The translations under genes were made by a program, and so were the position numbers. Below the pieces are notes generated by a model, which worked only from the letters and a program-made list of their open reading frames with translations, ran no database searches and had not been told where the DNA came from. 64,000 nucleotides of DNA, from assembly GCA_964188305.1 (NCBI GenBank), contig OZ076886.1; one strand, given 5' to 3'. The stretch comes from Podarcis bocagei. Taxonomy: Eukaryota. Every line of letters begins with the position of its first letter. Within the stretch, counting starts at the first letter, position 1. This document shows positions 26,899-40,374 of the stretch, in pieces.

Positions 26899-27250
26899 GG
26901 GACGTGGGTGGCACTGTGGGTGAAACCACAGAACCTAGGGCTTGCCGATCAGAAGGTTGGCGGTTCGAATCCCCGCGAGGGGGTGAGCTCCCATCGCTTG
27001 GTCCCTGCTCCTGCCAACCTAGCAGTTCAAAAGCACATCAAAGTGCAAGTAGATAAATAGGTACCGCTCCGGCGGGAAGGTAAACGGCGTTTCCATGTGC
27101 TGCTCTGGTTCGCCAGAAGCAGCTTAGTCATGCTGGCCACATGACCTGGAAGCTGTACGCCGGCTCCCTCGGCCAATAAACTGAGATGAGCGCCTCAACC
27201 CCAGTCGTCCGTGACTGGACCTAACGGTCAGGGGTCCCTTTACCTTTACC
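26899..27250 (+). mobile_element. Sauria SINE, full length
   Basis: tRNA-like head with GGTTCGAATCC B-box; (ACCTTT)n tail; perfect 15-bp TSD TATGATTAACCTTAA (26884-26898, 27251-27265). Confidence 0.93.
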
Positions 27251-27334
27251 TATGATTAACCTTAATCATGGCAAAACCTTATCGGGCCTAAGAGGTGGTG
27301 TTTACAGGCACAATTTAGAGAAAAATGACCATAC

Positions 27335-27472
27335 CTCGTCTGTGAGATTGTCAATTCGGTATAAATTAGGATGCATCATAAGCATGAGGTACACTAAAGG
27401 TTGGTTCTTCACTTGACACATGGTAAAGATGCGATCATCTAAACGTATGTTTGTCCCGGTTTGGAATGCTTT
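27335..27472 (-). CDS. SEC24A: SEC24A exon 19
   Basis: KAFQTGTNIRLDDRIFTMCQVKNQPLVYLMLMMHPNLYRIDNLTDE. Confidence 0.95.
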
Positions 27473-28232
27473 CTGTAAATAAAAGTAGCATCATTACCAC
27501 ATCCATTACTCAGGAAGTAAACATACACAGCATAGCATACAATTTATATCCCATTTGGTAACATATGTAAGAGAGGAAGATGAAAGGACATCTCAGAGGG
27601 CAACACACCAAGAGCTATGGGTTGCAGGCAAGCCTGCACTCAGAATCTAGAGTTTCAGAATATCCAACAAAATTGTTCTGTTAGCACCTGTGCAATGAGA
27701 CTTTTTCTCCTCACACACATAAAGCCATCTGCTCCAGAGGATTGGGGGAAACCCCTGGAATAGATTTAGGGAGGCACGGGGACACAGGGAGAAGCAGTCT
27801 GTTGTACAGGCATAAGTCTTTGCAGTGGATAGGACAACTTTGCTGGCAAATCTGTGCTCTGCTTATTTGTTTGTATAAAATTCATGTTGTGTTTGATACA
27901 GTCTGATTTAAATACAGTTAATATATTTGAAAGTGCAACAGCAACAAACACTAATCAGTCTGGAAGGTAGGATTCATTAGTCTAAATCCAGAGGGCCAGT
28001 TTCTCCTCACACACCAGGACTTGAGGAACAACCTCCTATCATAACCTGCTGTCAAAAAGCTTTAACCACAACTTGTAAAGTTTCAGGGAAGCCAAAATGG
28101 AACACTGAAAAACCACTGGAGCTGCAGTGGACAGAGGAAATGGCAAAAGCCAGTGTTTCCATGTATTTTGGTGCACATCTCGGGACCTTCATATCCTGGA
28201 TATTATGTTTTCAATTTCACTTTTGTCCTTAC

Positions 28233-28408
28233 CTGCTTTAAGAGAGCCAGCACATACAATGGGAAGAGACGTAATGAAATTGGAGCCATGAGTCCAGGCT
28301 GCTGAATGGTTAGAACAGAGGACCGGTACGCAGACAGGGAATCTATTACAGCATTCACCAGTGCATCTCGAGCATCACTCAGGCTAGCAGTAACTGACCG
28401 GTCAACAG
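28233..28408 (-). CDS. SEC24A: SEC24A exon 18
   Basis: AVDRSVTASLSDARDALVNAVIDSLSAYR...LFPLYVLALLKQ (helical domain). Confidence 0.97.
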
Positions 28409-28486
28409 CTAAAGAAAAAAAGTACAAACTCATTTTGGATACTAAGTTAGGCGTTCTTGATGATCTATGGTTCTACAGTTGCTTAA

Positions 28487-28488
<2 letters not shown>

Positions 28489-28532
<44 letters not shown>

Positions 28533-28558
28533 GACACACACACACACACACACACACA
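28489..28558. repeat. Compound (CT)16(CA)n microsatellite
   Basis: Directly visible. Confidence 0.97.
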
Positions 28559-28812
28559 AAATAAGCTAGGAAGAATGCAAACCAGAGATGGCAGAATGTC
28601 AGCCCTTCACACAGTGAATCATTGTTTCAGTCACTTGAACCCACACAGCTATAGCAGAATGCTATGCATTCTATGTCAATATAAACCAAAAACATTCACC
28701 ACCACCCTCAGTATCTCAAGAGCAATATGGTGGTAATAAAATAATAATTGTTCAGACATTATTATTCAAAACTACAAATACTTTACATTCAAAAAACAAC
28801 CAAAACACTTAC

Positions 28813-28923
28813 CCATATTGGCTAGCAGCCCGGTAATTGCTTGCACGTCAGCTCCCAAATAAACATCACTCAGCTGGCTAACAACTGGTAAGCACAAAGT
28901 GTGAACACGAATCCTCCTTTCAC
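28813..28923 (-). CDS. SEC24A: SEC24A exon 17
   Basis: [37 protein letters not shown]. Confidence 0.97.
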
Positions 28924-29121
28924 CTGTACAGGGAAATCCATAACATCAGAGCTGCATCTAACAAATGTGTCCAGGTGATGCTTCAGAAACCTTCACAGAT
29001 GTAGCCCAACATTATAATTAATAGTTTTCCCCCTGCCTTAATGTAGTTATTCATGTAAGTCAAATACAGGTTGCAGTTTTTCAGCCAAACTTCCACCACG
29101 GACACTTTAAAAGAAAAATAA

Positions 29122-29190
29122 TAGAATTATAGATTTGGAAGGGACTCCGAGCATCATCTAGTCCAACCCCCTGCAATGCAGGAATCTCAA
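29122..29190 (-). mobile_element. CR1-type 3' end
   Basis: TAGAATTATAGATTTGGAAGGGAC...CTAGTCCAACCCCCTGCAATGCAGGAATC, reverse of ~18965-19033. Confidence 0.7.
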
Positions 29191-29451
29191 CACAGAATCA
29201 TAGAATTGTAAATACTACAATTGTCCATCTTCAGTTTAAGCAGTCGTTCTATTTAACAATGTGCATTCTGGCCTGGAGTTTATTAATGCAGTAATGAAAA
29301 AACTACAAACAAGCTAGTGTGTGCTAATTAGTCAGATTTATGAAGACTCAAGACCAATTAATTTTTTCTTCACAAAACATGTAGATCAACAAGCATGTAT
29401 ATATTTTGTAGCAGATACTACTAGTGGCAACTGATGCCATGACATCCTTAC

Positions 29452-29625
29452 CTTTACTAGATGTATAGAGGAGAGCTGACTGGAAGCAGACAACCTGCAT
29501 GTCTGTGAGATTCTCCTCTACTGACATCTGTACTGCATATCCTGCATCAGGGTTCACATTGGGTAAAGACAACAGATCTGTTGACCGTACAAAGAAGTTG
29601 CCATGGAAGGTATGAATCGAAAGGC
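29452..29625 (-). CDS. SEC24A: SEC24A exon 16
   Basis: GLSIHTFHGNFFVRSTDLLSLPNVNPDAGYAVQ...FQSALLYTSSK (beta-sandwich). Confidence 0.97.
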
Positions 29626-30881
29626 CTATGGAAGAGAAAAGTGTTTCAGGAATACTATTTCAACTCAAATCTTGCACAATCACTTTGACAGCATTGTCTC
29701 CTTAATGCTGAAAACTAATATTACTTTATAAACTAAAGTTGTTTTGACTTCTTGCAAAGAAAGTCATAAGCACGTCTGAAAGCTGCTGAAGTTCAGTAAT
29801 TTATCCAGTTCTCCAGCATCAGACCAGCCTTAGGCAGTGCCACTAAACACGTATTTACTGGGTGTCCTCTATTCAGAGAACTTGTATAATGTAATGGCTG
29901 AGATTCAAAGGGCCATATGTGATATTCCATGGACATACTGACGCTGTATAGCACCCATTTCCACTACAAACTCTCGCATTGCTGGAAAGTTTTATTAGAG
30001 AAATATTTAACATAAGTGCAAAGGGCAACAATCCTCCTGTGCTGATGTGGAAGCTATTTTGGCACATGCAGAGAGCTCTTTGGACCAAGCCAATGTCTCA
30101 AAGTCTCAGTCTCAGTGACTAAACAGATAAGTAGCACAATATCTTAAGGAATAATTACACACATGTATTAACACTTGCATTATCACAGGGAGTCCATCAA
30201 GTCCTGTAAGGGGGACTAAGGAAAATAAAATAACGCTCTCAAAATAAAAGACAGAGAAGCAACTCCATTACTATTTCACCTGATCTTGATTTAAAGATTA
30301 ACACTCGGGGGATAGTCTCACTTTATTAACAAATTTTTCCACTGGCAGAACTGTCTGAAGGTTATTTTAAACTAGACTTGGTAGACTCTATATGTAAATC
30401 CAGGGCAAGATCACACAAACAAACATTTACCTTTCTCAAGGCTAGTTAGTTCAATAATATTCTCTTTAATTTTGTTTTCTTTATTTTTAAAAGTAAATAA
30501 CAAATAGACAAAGGTGCTATTTTTTGTATAAGGAAAGATTTAAAGACCTGTATCCATTAAAACTGAAGAGGCAGAAATCCAGCTCTAGGGACGTGGGAAC
30601 TGCTTCCTGACTCCAAATTCAACTCACCCAAGTCTTTTCTTTTTGGAAACAGCCTGGCCTACTCGTCGACAGAGAGAACAACCACCCAGTATTCTGGACC
30701 ACTGGATCACAACACACTGGGAGAATCTAATACATTCACAGATGCATGTTCACTGTTCTAAATATTATAAATTCACGATGCAAAGCTTTTAAATATTTGC
30801 ATGTGCGCTTCTGCCAATTACTTATTTGGGCACTTATGGAAGCACTACTTTGCTTAACATTAGCAAATTTAATTGTCTGAC

Positions 30882-31040
30882 CTTTCGTACACCTTATTCG
30901 CATGACAGCCTCAAAACCAATCTTCCGAGTCAAGTATCGTTTCAGCTCTTTCTGTAGTTTCTCCACCAGAAGAGGATTGTGTTGTTGATGGTAAGATTGG
31001 TAGTAATAGACACTACCAGCTGAATACCTCGATATACAAC
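30882..31040 (-). CDS. SEC24A: SEC24A exon 15
   Basis: GCISRYSAGSVYYY...YLTRKIGFEAVMRIRCTK. Confidence 0.97.
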
Positions 31041-31392
31041 CTAAAAATAAAAATCCAAGGATAAATTGAAGGAACAAACTACAGTCAACACAATAAATAC
31101 AATCTAACATTGATAGTATTAGGAAATGCACTAACAGTATTCGGAGAAAGTATGTGCCAGGGTATTTTAAAATATTGTAGAAATGTTACAGTAAGCCCAC
31201 AACTTATGCACATTTAACTTGTGCGCATTCAGCTTATTGTATTAAAATTTAACTTCCTATACTCCAACTGGAACCCAGCATTAAGATTCAGTTTTTACTA
31301 TTTAAAACGTATTGTTAAAACTACCATGCTGATTTCTTTTCCTTTTCACAATGAGACATCAGAAAACACAAATGTGAAAATACCTTACTCAC

Positions 31393-31513
31393 CTAATGAA
31401 GCCAAGTCAGAGTACTGCCCGCTAAGGAGGAACAGGTCAACTGCAACCTGCTGTCCAGAACAGTCCAAGGCCAACTTTTTATAGAAGTCAGTAGATGGTG
31501 TAAGATGGATATC
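31393..31513 (-). CDS. SEC24A: SEC24A exon 14
   Basis: DIHLTPSTDFYKKLALDCSGQQVAVDLFLLSGQYSDLASL. Confidence 0.97.
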
Positions 31514-31723
31514 CTGGTAAAAAAGTCAAAATGGTAGAACTTCAAAATACACGTTTCTGCTGTTCTTCATAAACTTGCATGGATTGAAGCAGTAGCTCAA
31601 CTTATCCGTAAAAGAGACTGGGCATGGGTTCAAAAGGGTGTTTTGAGGGATGCAGTTGCAGCCAGTAAGACAAGTTAAATAAAGGGTTACTTAAAGAATA
31701 CATAGAAAGCAGCTTTTGCTAAC

Positions 31724-31930
31724 CTTTGCAGCAGCTTTTTGGTTAGGCTCTTCCCGAGGTTTGAGCGCACCCACTCCTACAGTTGGAAGTTGTGTCTGGA
31801 AGACAGAAATCCGACCACCAGTGGGGGACATCAATTTAAAGGCAGCCTGTAGTGCAGGTCCCAGAGCACTCTGAGTTTCGAGGGAGTTAGTGAACATTTG
31901 AGGCAAAGTTTTCAATAAATCTTGAATTAG
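31724..31930 (-). CDS. SEC24A: SEC24A exon 13
   Basis: LIQDLLKTLPQMF...SALGPALQAAFKLMSPTGGRISVFQTQLP...AAAK. Confidence 0.97.
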
Positions 31931-32548
31931 CTGGGGGTGAAACAAGAGCATTAGAATATTCAAAAGACATGTCTCCCATAGAATTCAAAATTTCATTAGA
32001 AGCATTCATAAAAGACATTTTGTTAGCAAATAGTAAGCCTTGCCATTTTATAGCAACTGGTCTCTGAAGATTCCCAACCCACCCAACCTCTTCCAAGATA
32101 TACATTCTTTCAAAATCAAACATAAGCCCACAAATTCAATGAACTGTCCTTTCTATCTTTCATATACTTGTGCAAAAATGTGGTCCAATCTCCAGCCCAT
32201 TACCATCCTCGTCTCCCTGAATATAATTTCAAGATAGACTAACAGAAGCTTCAATATCTGCAACACAGGTGGGCGGCTGGATAAACAGAATTTGGGATTC
32301 TTTTTTTTAAAGGGGGGAGCTTAGTTATTGTGCCTATAGCGTGTTCACCAAGGGTATGAGCTTAAAAGTAATGCTAAATTCCTGAAGTGAAGTCTCATAT
32401 AGAAACACTTTAATAAGGATTTAAAGTCCTCTTGATTAATATTACAAAGTATCTGTGCTTTAAAACAGTCTTGCAACTCCAGTAATATGCATTATATCCT
32501 ACCTATTCACATGCAAGCACACATGGAACTTTGCTTTGTATCAAACTA

Positions 32549-32771
32549 CAGTGATACCTCAGGTTACATCTGCTTCAGGTTGCAGACTCTGCTAACCCAG
32601 AAATAGTACGAGTTAAGAACTTTGATTCAGGATGAGAACAGAAGTCATGCTCCGGCGGTGTGGCGGCAGCAGGAGGCGCCATTAGCTAAAGTGGTGCTTC
32701 AGGTTAAGAACAGTTTCAGGTTAAGAACGGACCTCTGGAACGAATTAAATACTTAACCCAAGGTACCACTG
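32549..32771. mobile_element. Tc1/mariner-type MITE
   Basis: Same family as 3059 and 20898; TA target duplication. Confidence 0.9.
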
Positions 32772-33275
32772 TATATGGCAGCATAATCTAATAAAACTGA
32801 AGACTTGTATATTTTGGGAAACACTAATACCACATCATTTGATAATTTGGGAAGCACCTGCTTATACCATATTTGGTTTCTTCTAGAAAGAGGGAATCTA
32901 TACCAAATACACATGAAGCATAAAGGAAATATTTTTTTACTTTGAAGATAAAGATTGGACACCACTGATTTAAAAGGATTTCAAACTGAACATGCTCAAG
33001 TATAACTGTTAAAATTTCAGAAGTCAGCTCCCCCCACTCCCTCAAATTCAGATTAGCGGTTTTATCATTTATTCTGTTCTTAGAAGAGATGTTGCCTAGT
33101 CAGTTGCCAAAGAACTTTGCACTGTACATATTTGCGCAACCAATCAACTGGAGTGGGCAAAAAAATTTAGCTCATAGCCGTAAAAGGGCTAGGGGGAAAT
33201 GATAAAAAGGACAGAGTTAAATGACATCTGTTTTAAACATATACTTGCATAATGACTGCATAATATTAATCTTAC

Positions 33276-33331
33276 CTCTTTACTTTCATTTAAGTTTACT
33301 AGTAGGTTTTCCGGCATTGGGATAAACACAT
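33276..33331 (-). CDS. SEC24A: SEC24A exon 12
   Basis: DVFIPMPENLLVNLNESKE. Confidence 0.96.
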
Positions 33332-34151
33332 CTGTAAGAAAAACAAACATGCGATGAAAGCTCTCTGAATCAGTTTGACTGTTTAAGAAGTATTCTTAAA
33401 TATTCCCCACATCTACGAAATGCATTAAGTGCTTGTAAAGCATTCTTTTCATAATAGTCCAGGCAGGTGGGAAGGAGATATCAGACTCTTCCACAGCAAC
33501 AGACACTTCAGTCAAGGATATGGTATGCAACTGGACATCTTTAGACTGTCCACTGAGAAAAATGCTTTAGAAGAACTGGTTGGTTAAGCTGCTTTGGCAA
33601 TTCCCCCCCCCCCACACAAAGGCACCTCTGTAAGAAAATGAAAAGTTGGTTTTACTGCAAAGTTCCATTCTTGTATGTCAGCAGGAAACAGTTAACCCAT
33701 TCTCCAGTCAAAGGCAAGACCAACAACTTTGATGTCCCTTCCAAGAGGAATGAATGACCCCCAACACAGTAGATAAAAAATGAAGATGCAAAAGCCTTGA
33801 GAGTGGCAAGTGAGGTGCTCCATCTCATTCTTGTCAAAAAGGTGGTTTGACCCATACTGAAAAAGGCAGCTTCTGAGGTGGCAATGGCACAAGGATGTCC
33901 CATGTGCTGACTCAGGCAGCCTTTTCAGGAAGCAGCAGTGCCTCAATTTTCCATTTACTGGGGTAGACAAATGACAGGAGAGAGTCAATAAAGTTGCCCT
34001 TTCTTTTGAAAGGGGCTGTAATATCTGAGGAACCAAGTGAATGAGCAGCCTCCCTGCACCTCTACAGCAGCAAGTCTATTACACCAGTTCTGATTCTAGG
34101 AATCACAAAGCATACTTCATAAATCTAATGCTACAGATTATTTCTACTTAC

Positions 34152-34270
34152 CTTCAATATCTGAAACTATCAACATCTGAGGCTGAGAGAGACCTTCCTG
34201 AAGGCTATAGAAATGGATTGTGCTGTCAAATGTTATAAAGCCTATTTTTGTTCTAGTGTTTCCTGGAAGT
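34152..34270 (-). CDS. SEC24A: SEC24A exon 11
   Basis: LPGNTRTKIGFITFDSTIHFYSLQEGLSQPQMLIVSDIE. Confidence 0.97.
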
Positions 34271-35063
34271 CTGAAAATTAAACATAGAAACTTGGTATCA
34301 TGTTTAATAAGGCCCTAGGTGCACATTCATGTCAGATAGATGTATTTTCTTTGGGAATAAATGCTTGTAATGCATTACCCTTTGCTTAATGCTTCATTTT
34401 TGTTGCAAACAGCTATCAAAATGTCATTCAGGGTAGCAGCATTCAATGTTGTAGATTAAAACCTTATGCTGATTTTATTAAGGTAACAAAAACATATCAC
34501 CATGCAAGGCTCCATGTTAAGGAAAAATAATCTTGCAAGGAGAAAAAATTTGGAATGGGTTGGATCTAGGTTAGGGTTATTCCAAGCATATCTGAAATGC
34601 ACTGAAGGTTCTACAAAGATTTCATTTGTTACACCAATATATTTACATTTGTTTATTGAAAAAAACAATACAAAAGCACAATGTTCCTAATCAGAATGCC
34701 TCTACGAAGTACCTGCATTCGTTATTTGCCTGAATGTGCTTCTTGAATATATTCTTTTGAAATCCAGTACAGTACCACAAGAAAAAAGTCCTTTAGTTGC
34801 TTTAATGAAAAGAAATACAGTGCAGCAAATTGGGGGTTTTAATACAATGAGCTTGAGAATGTAAATTGTTTCAGTGATGAATACAAATTTGGTACCTGAA
34901 ATTCACAGTAAGTGTGTAGGGTGCATATTATGAAAATGGCAGCTTGAAATAACACCAACTGATTTTTTTTTAGGTTTGGCACATGAAAGGATTGGACTAA
35001 ACATGACAATGACATGAACATTAAAAACTATATGGACAGAGTGAAAAGATGTGCAGGACTTAC

Positions 35064-35176
35064 AAATCTAGATTGTCCAACACGGTCTTGCATACAGTGT
35101 TCAAGTATCCTGTTTCTATTGCATTATGTGACACATCAAACACAAAGAGGTACACAGGAGGCTGAGGTGGACGTAG
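35064..35176 (-). CDS. SEC24A: SEC24A exon 10
   Basis: LRPPQPPVYLFVFDVSHNAIETGYLNTVCKTVLDNLD (start of trunk/vWA domain). Confidence 0.97.
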
Positions 35177-36194
35177 CTGAAAAAGAAACAGTTACCTTAG
35201 TTTAAATTTCTAAACCTTGTCACAACACTACTCCTAGTTGATTTTAAATTAAAATTAGAAGCACAATTGGAAAAGGTAGGTATTTGCTGGAGAAGGGGGG
35301 GGAAACAAGCTGAGAACAACCAGGCATTGTGTGTTTTCATCCATCACTTGAAATATACATGCCAGGAATGGAATGTGGGAGAGGAAACCAAATTTCTCAC
35401 ACATTTGGAATACTGAGCTACAGCTATCTGTGCTGACATCCAATATTATCCCATGTCCTGTCCCAATCATGTACAAGGTTTCAAATATGTTTTGAAATTC
35501 TGAGGCTAGTATCAAGGAACAACAAGCAGTTGCTCTTTGAATTTTTTAAAAATAAGGATCATCTTTTCCTTGGAAGGCACAATACACATGGCTTGTCTTC
35601 CTGACTCATCGCTGGGTTAAGTTCATTATGTGACAATGAGGGACATTGTCTTCCCTGTTGTGGCACCAGATCTCTGGAATGTCAGAGTCAATACACATTT
35701 ACCGAGGCTTTGTGAAGTTTTAAAGTTGATTAGTATCCAACCTGTTCTGCTTGACATTGTTTTTATGTACAAATTTGTTGTTTTATGCTCCATTGCATTA
35801 TAATGAATTTGCTTTATTTGTGTTTGTAAGACACCTGGTATCTCAATTGCTGAAGGGTGGTCTGGAAACATTTAAAAATATGTCATGTTGGGGTGCATTA
35901 GGTGTTTTCTCTACTAAAAATGAACATCTTTATTTGAGAGGATTTTCATTCCTTTTCTTGGTGTCATATTAAGACAGAGAAAGGCTATGCCTGATAACCA
36001 AGCCAGATTTGTGACTTATGGGTCACAATTCTATCATGGAAGTTTAACAGAGTGAATACAACCAGTCTATTGCATTTATAGGCAATAGGCTTGCAATTTT
36101 ACAAAAAAAGCTATATTCAGTGGGCAGCATCCATGGGATAGATTTGGTGTGCTGCATGTCCTCCAGGGCTTATCTGTGCTCCCTTCTGCATGCG

Positions 36195-36221
36195 CACACA
36201 CACACACACACACACACACAC
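36195..36221. repeat. (CA)n microsatellite
   Basis: Directly visible. Confidence 0.95.
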
Positions 36222-36639
36222 GGATGGGGGGAGCCGTTCCTAATGGCAAGGACACCACCAGGGAACAGCATTCAACATGGTGTGAATGCTATAGTCAAAG
36301 AAAAATGGGTAATCCCTCATTACTGAAAACATAAGCACTTATGCTTATGCTTGGCACTGTGTGGATCACAGCCATTTATCCTAGACTAATACAGTGCAAT
36401 ATAATCAAAATGAGAACTATACTAAGATAGCAACTTTTTCCTAAAGCAGTACACTTACCTTGACTTACTTTTCTTTTTTTATTATTTATAAATTGCATTT
36501 TACATGTTTTGCCAGATGATTTCCATGCATACCATAAAAACAGCTATTTCTTTAATAATAAAAAATACAACCCCCACCCACCCCCTGAAGACAGGTGTTC
36601 CCTTGATTTGTTTTTAAACCCAAGGCAGTCGCCTTTTCA

Positions 36640-36770
36640 TCCATCTGGAAAAGGCTGTCATATCAAAAAGGTCTTCAGTTGACTCCCAAAGTACAGATAG
36701 TGGACACCTGTTGTACCTCAACAGGGATGCTATTCCACAGAACAGGGTAGTCACTTTGAAAACCCTGCTT
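36640..36770 (-). mobile_element. Degenerate L2-type 3' fragment
   Basis: AAAAAGGTCTTCAG...CAGGGATGCTATTCCACAG..CAGG, reverse-similar to 2625-2735. Confidence 0.5.
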
Positions 36771-36872
36771 TGCATGTAAAAGACAGGGAAGGGAATAAGG
36801 TCTTCTACAGAACAGAAGCTGTTTTTAATTGGGTTATTATAGCAGGCAGCTAGCTTGGGTAAAGGACCTTAC

Positions 36873-36982
36873 CATATATTCAGAAGGAGCCATAAACTCA
36901 ATTGTGGCATTTTGAACTTCAGGTCTTTTATGAGGTTCTCCATAAACTCTTGTCACAGGATTGTACATAAATTCTTCAGGAA
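36873..36982 (-). CDS. SEC24A: SEC24A exon 9
   Basis: VPEEFMYNPVTRVYGEPHKRPEVQNATIEFMAPSEYM. Confidence 0.97.
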
Positions 36983-37265
36983 CTGCAAGAGGGGGAAAAA
37001 TATAGTGCTTTACTACAAGATACAAGCATTCTAGGGATTGAATATTCTAGATATAGTCGTACACCTAGCATTCCCTAAGGTTATCACATAAAATTTATCC
37101 CCCTAACATGTTACATCCTCAAGCACTAAACCCTTGAAAGAGCTAGCAATTGATACAATGATGTCCCACTGGAAGCAGGTAGCATATTAACATACAGCAG
37201 GTATCTGATATCAATACAGTTGATGCTTTTAGTGGATTTATGCTCATTTGACAAAGAAAACTCAC

Positions 37266-37392
37266 CATCATTCACTCTGTAACATAAATTGCACTTCCAT
37301 CTCCTTTGGTCAAGAAAGCTGACAAAAGGATTGATGTATGTCCTACAGCTACGACATCTCACAATTGTACTGGAGGTTACCACAGGCAATTG
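37266..37392 (-). CDS. SEC24A: SEC24A exon 8 (zinc finger)
   Basis: QLPVVTSSTIVRCRSCRTYINPFVSFLDQRRWKCNLCYRVND. Confidence 0.98.
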
Positions 37393-38868
37393 CTGGAAAA
37401 GAGAAATGCTTTTGTAAGTCATGTGTTGGGAATACACTAGCCACCTTGAGTAATTTGGGTGCCTACCTCTGGCCCAGATGTAAACAGATATGGTACAATG
37501 GTCTAAGCACTAGCGTCTCTGTCAGCTGAAGGTGGGTTTCCACATGTGTGATAACAACAATTATTTTAACTGCGGCTCAGTGTTTTATTTGACACCGAGA
37601 CATACATGAATCATGCTCTGGGATGGGAAATGGTTTTGCAAGACCACCATATTATGTTAAATCACCAGTTTTACAAGCAAAAAATTATCTTAAGTGACAA
37701 TGCACAAAGTTTATTGCTGCAGTAAAATGGAAGCAGAAGGACTACTACGGTTGTATCTAATGGTACAACTTAGCTTGTCCCACAGAACTTCCTTTCCCTC
37801 TCCTTCCTTACCCCCCATCAACTGCTGCAGAGGGTTTGAAAAACCCCAGAGCAAACTGGGGCAGTTGTAGGAGGAGGAGGAGGAGAGGGAAGGGAAATTC
37901 CATTGCAAGAGGATGTTGTTCCACTGGTGCAATGACTTTGTAGGATACAATCACAATCCCTCCTTTTATCAGGAAGTGCTGTTTAGTTTTGGCCACTAGT
38001 CCCCTTACCAGCATATTCTTAAACTGGAGTATTAAACTTAATCCTGTAAGGTCACATTCAAATGTACATTTACATAAAAAGGAAACCCATTATAAGAAAA
38101 CAGGGTAGAGTGGCTGTCTACAATGATAACAACCGATGCCACAAACATTTCCCACTAGGATCAAGTAGTTATTCCCCAGCCTAGAAACCCTCTACCTATT
38201 TGCAAACAGCAACCTATTCACAGCAGGTTAAAAATCAGGGAAAGGCGGATTTTGAATGCACTCTTTGATTTAAAGATTAGCAACTGAAATATCTGTTAAG
38301 AATAAACCTAACACCATACGGCTTTTGAAGGCTTCAGTGCTGAATGACACACAAAGTTACTACCACAAGGGTATAGATAAGATGTTGAAGAATTGGAAGG
38401 TCTCCATTAACAAAGCTCCTTTCAAGTGGGGCTCTGAAATGTCATCTTGCAGGAAATGTTATTTTTCTAGGGCAAGGCTAACAAAACTATTTATACTGGC
38501 TGTAGTCATATGATCTTCTAAAACAATGGTTTGGGGAATTTTGACCACACTCTTCCTTCCCTTGCACATAGGGCCTAATTCCTTACTTTCTGTATTGAAC
38601 CAAATCACAAGCTGCAGTGCCACCCAAACCACTGAACTGCCGCTTTGGGTGATATTGCGTAAAAGGATCTATCCTGGTTTGCAATCCTGATTTGTAGGTA
38701 CTGGCCACATCATTTGATTCAAGCCCTACAGAAGAAATGGGATGTGGGGGGAATGCATGTGCACAGCGCTCACACTCCATCCTCCAAATATTGTTTGGAG
38801 GATTATTTGAATGCCTTATTCTGAAAGCCAACTCCCCATCACTCAGAGTTTTACATAATGTATCATAC

Positions 38869-38971
38869 CGATAGGTCTTTGAAAGGATGAAGCAGGAGCC
38901 CCAAAGGAAGTTTGGCTTTGTTCAGTAAGGCCTGAGTTTGAGGAATGTTAGTCAAGGTACATCGGAATAAC
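38869..38971 (-). CDS. SEC24A: SEC24A exon 7
   Basis: LFRCTLTNIPQTQALLNKAKLPLGLLLHPFKDLS. Confidence 0.97.
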
Positions 38972-39371
38972 CTACATGAGGGACAAACGGTGAAAGTCAC
39001 TATTAATTGCATGCACCACCCCTTCCTGATCAGGACAGATAGTTTTCCTTATGACCCTCTCTTACATAATGTTTCAGTCAAGCAATAAGCTCAGATTCAG
39101 TTTTATGCGGTGTGACAACCACCAACAAATGCAAAATCTAAATATAGTTTATAATACCCCAGGTGAAAACCACAGGGACACACTCTGAAGAGGGTATCTA
39201 GAGAAGTGTTCTTCTGTTTACTATTAATCCTACTTGAAAAGCAATCACAGGCTACATGCCAGCTATCAACTAAGCTCTCAACAGCAGACAGGCACACCTT
39301 CACGACATATGAAAGTGAAGCGTCTTCCTTCCCCCAACCCTCAAAATAAATAATTTTTAAATTGGCCTTAC

Positions 39372-39544
39372 TCTGGATTACAGTTGACCTTCTGGATATC
39401 TTCGTGCAAGTTCGGAATAGGTGCTTGCAAAGGGGTTGCAGGGAGAATATTTCTGTCTTGAAGAAGATTAATAGGTCTTAATCCTTCTGGTTGAAGGCTC
39501 AGTCCACCCATAGATGCAGCTAAGGAATTTGCTCCCAGGCCAGG
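39372..39544 (-). CDS. SEC24A: SEC24A exon 6
   Basis: PGLGANSLAASMGGLSLQPEGLRPINLLQDRNILP...IQKVNCNP. Confidence 0.95.
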
Positions 39545-40079
39545 CTAATGAAAACAGAATTGCAAGGTTAGCCGTTTGAATCACCTTTAAAATTCATTCA
39601 TATCAACTGGATGGAGGACTGCTATGTTTGCAGACCACTTTCACTAGAGCGTTTAAGTAGAAGTTGATCTTGCCTAAAATGCTGTTTGAACTAAGAGCCA
39701 AACTGGACATGAAAGGCCTCATCTGATCTCTTTGTACTTTCAATAATTAAATAATTTTTGGAACACATATTTCAAACAATATTCTTTTACAATATCAAGC
39801 AACAATGCTTGATTGTTGATTATTAGAAAGGAATGCAGAAAAGACTGGTGGAAAAACAATGTACCCAGAATTCTCAATTGGTATAGATATTGGACTCACT
39901 CAAGCTCTCTGGAATAAAGAAGGCTGACTTTCAAAGTCAGCTATGTCTTTATGTAAATGTATTTATTAGTTAAATTTTTATTCTGTGTGCCCCCCCCAAC
40001 AAATAGTGCTCAAGGCAGCTCAATGAACTCCCAAGATAGCTTACATAGTTAACATTTTAGTAAGATTTTAAAGATTTAC

Positions 40080-40231
40080 TTGAGGAAACTGTGGTGATCC
40101 ACCTGGATACTGCATTCTTGGTCCTGCAGATGGAGACGCATTCTGGTAGCCTGGTGCCAAGGTGGGATAAGCACTCCCAACATGTCTGTTTGTTTTAAGA
40201 TTCTGAGGAGCAGAAGGGGGATGTGCAGTTG
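40080..40231 (-). CDS. SEC24A: SEC24A exon 5
   Basis: ATAHPPSAPQNLKTNRHVGSAYPTLAPGYQN...PQFPQ; phase 1-0. Confidence 0.9.
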
Positions 40232-40374
40232 CTAAAAGAAGAAGGTACTCATTAAAATGCAAGCAATAACACTAACATTCCAGTCGTAACAATGTGGAAC
40301 TCTCTTCATATTTTTCCCCCTATATTGCAACACCAATATGCACACCACTTTACACGTTCTTTAAAACTCTAGCT

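Noticed and set aside
26899-26980. tRNA-like A/B boxes (also 45837-45920)
   Set aside because: SINE heads, not tRNA genes
33652-34036. Two minus-strand ORFs in SEC24A intron 11
   Set aside because: Probably chance ORFs over a very old LINE remnant
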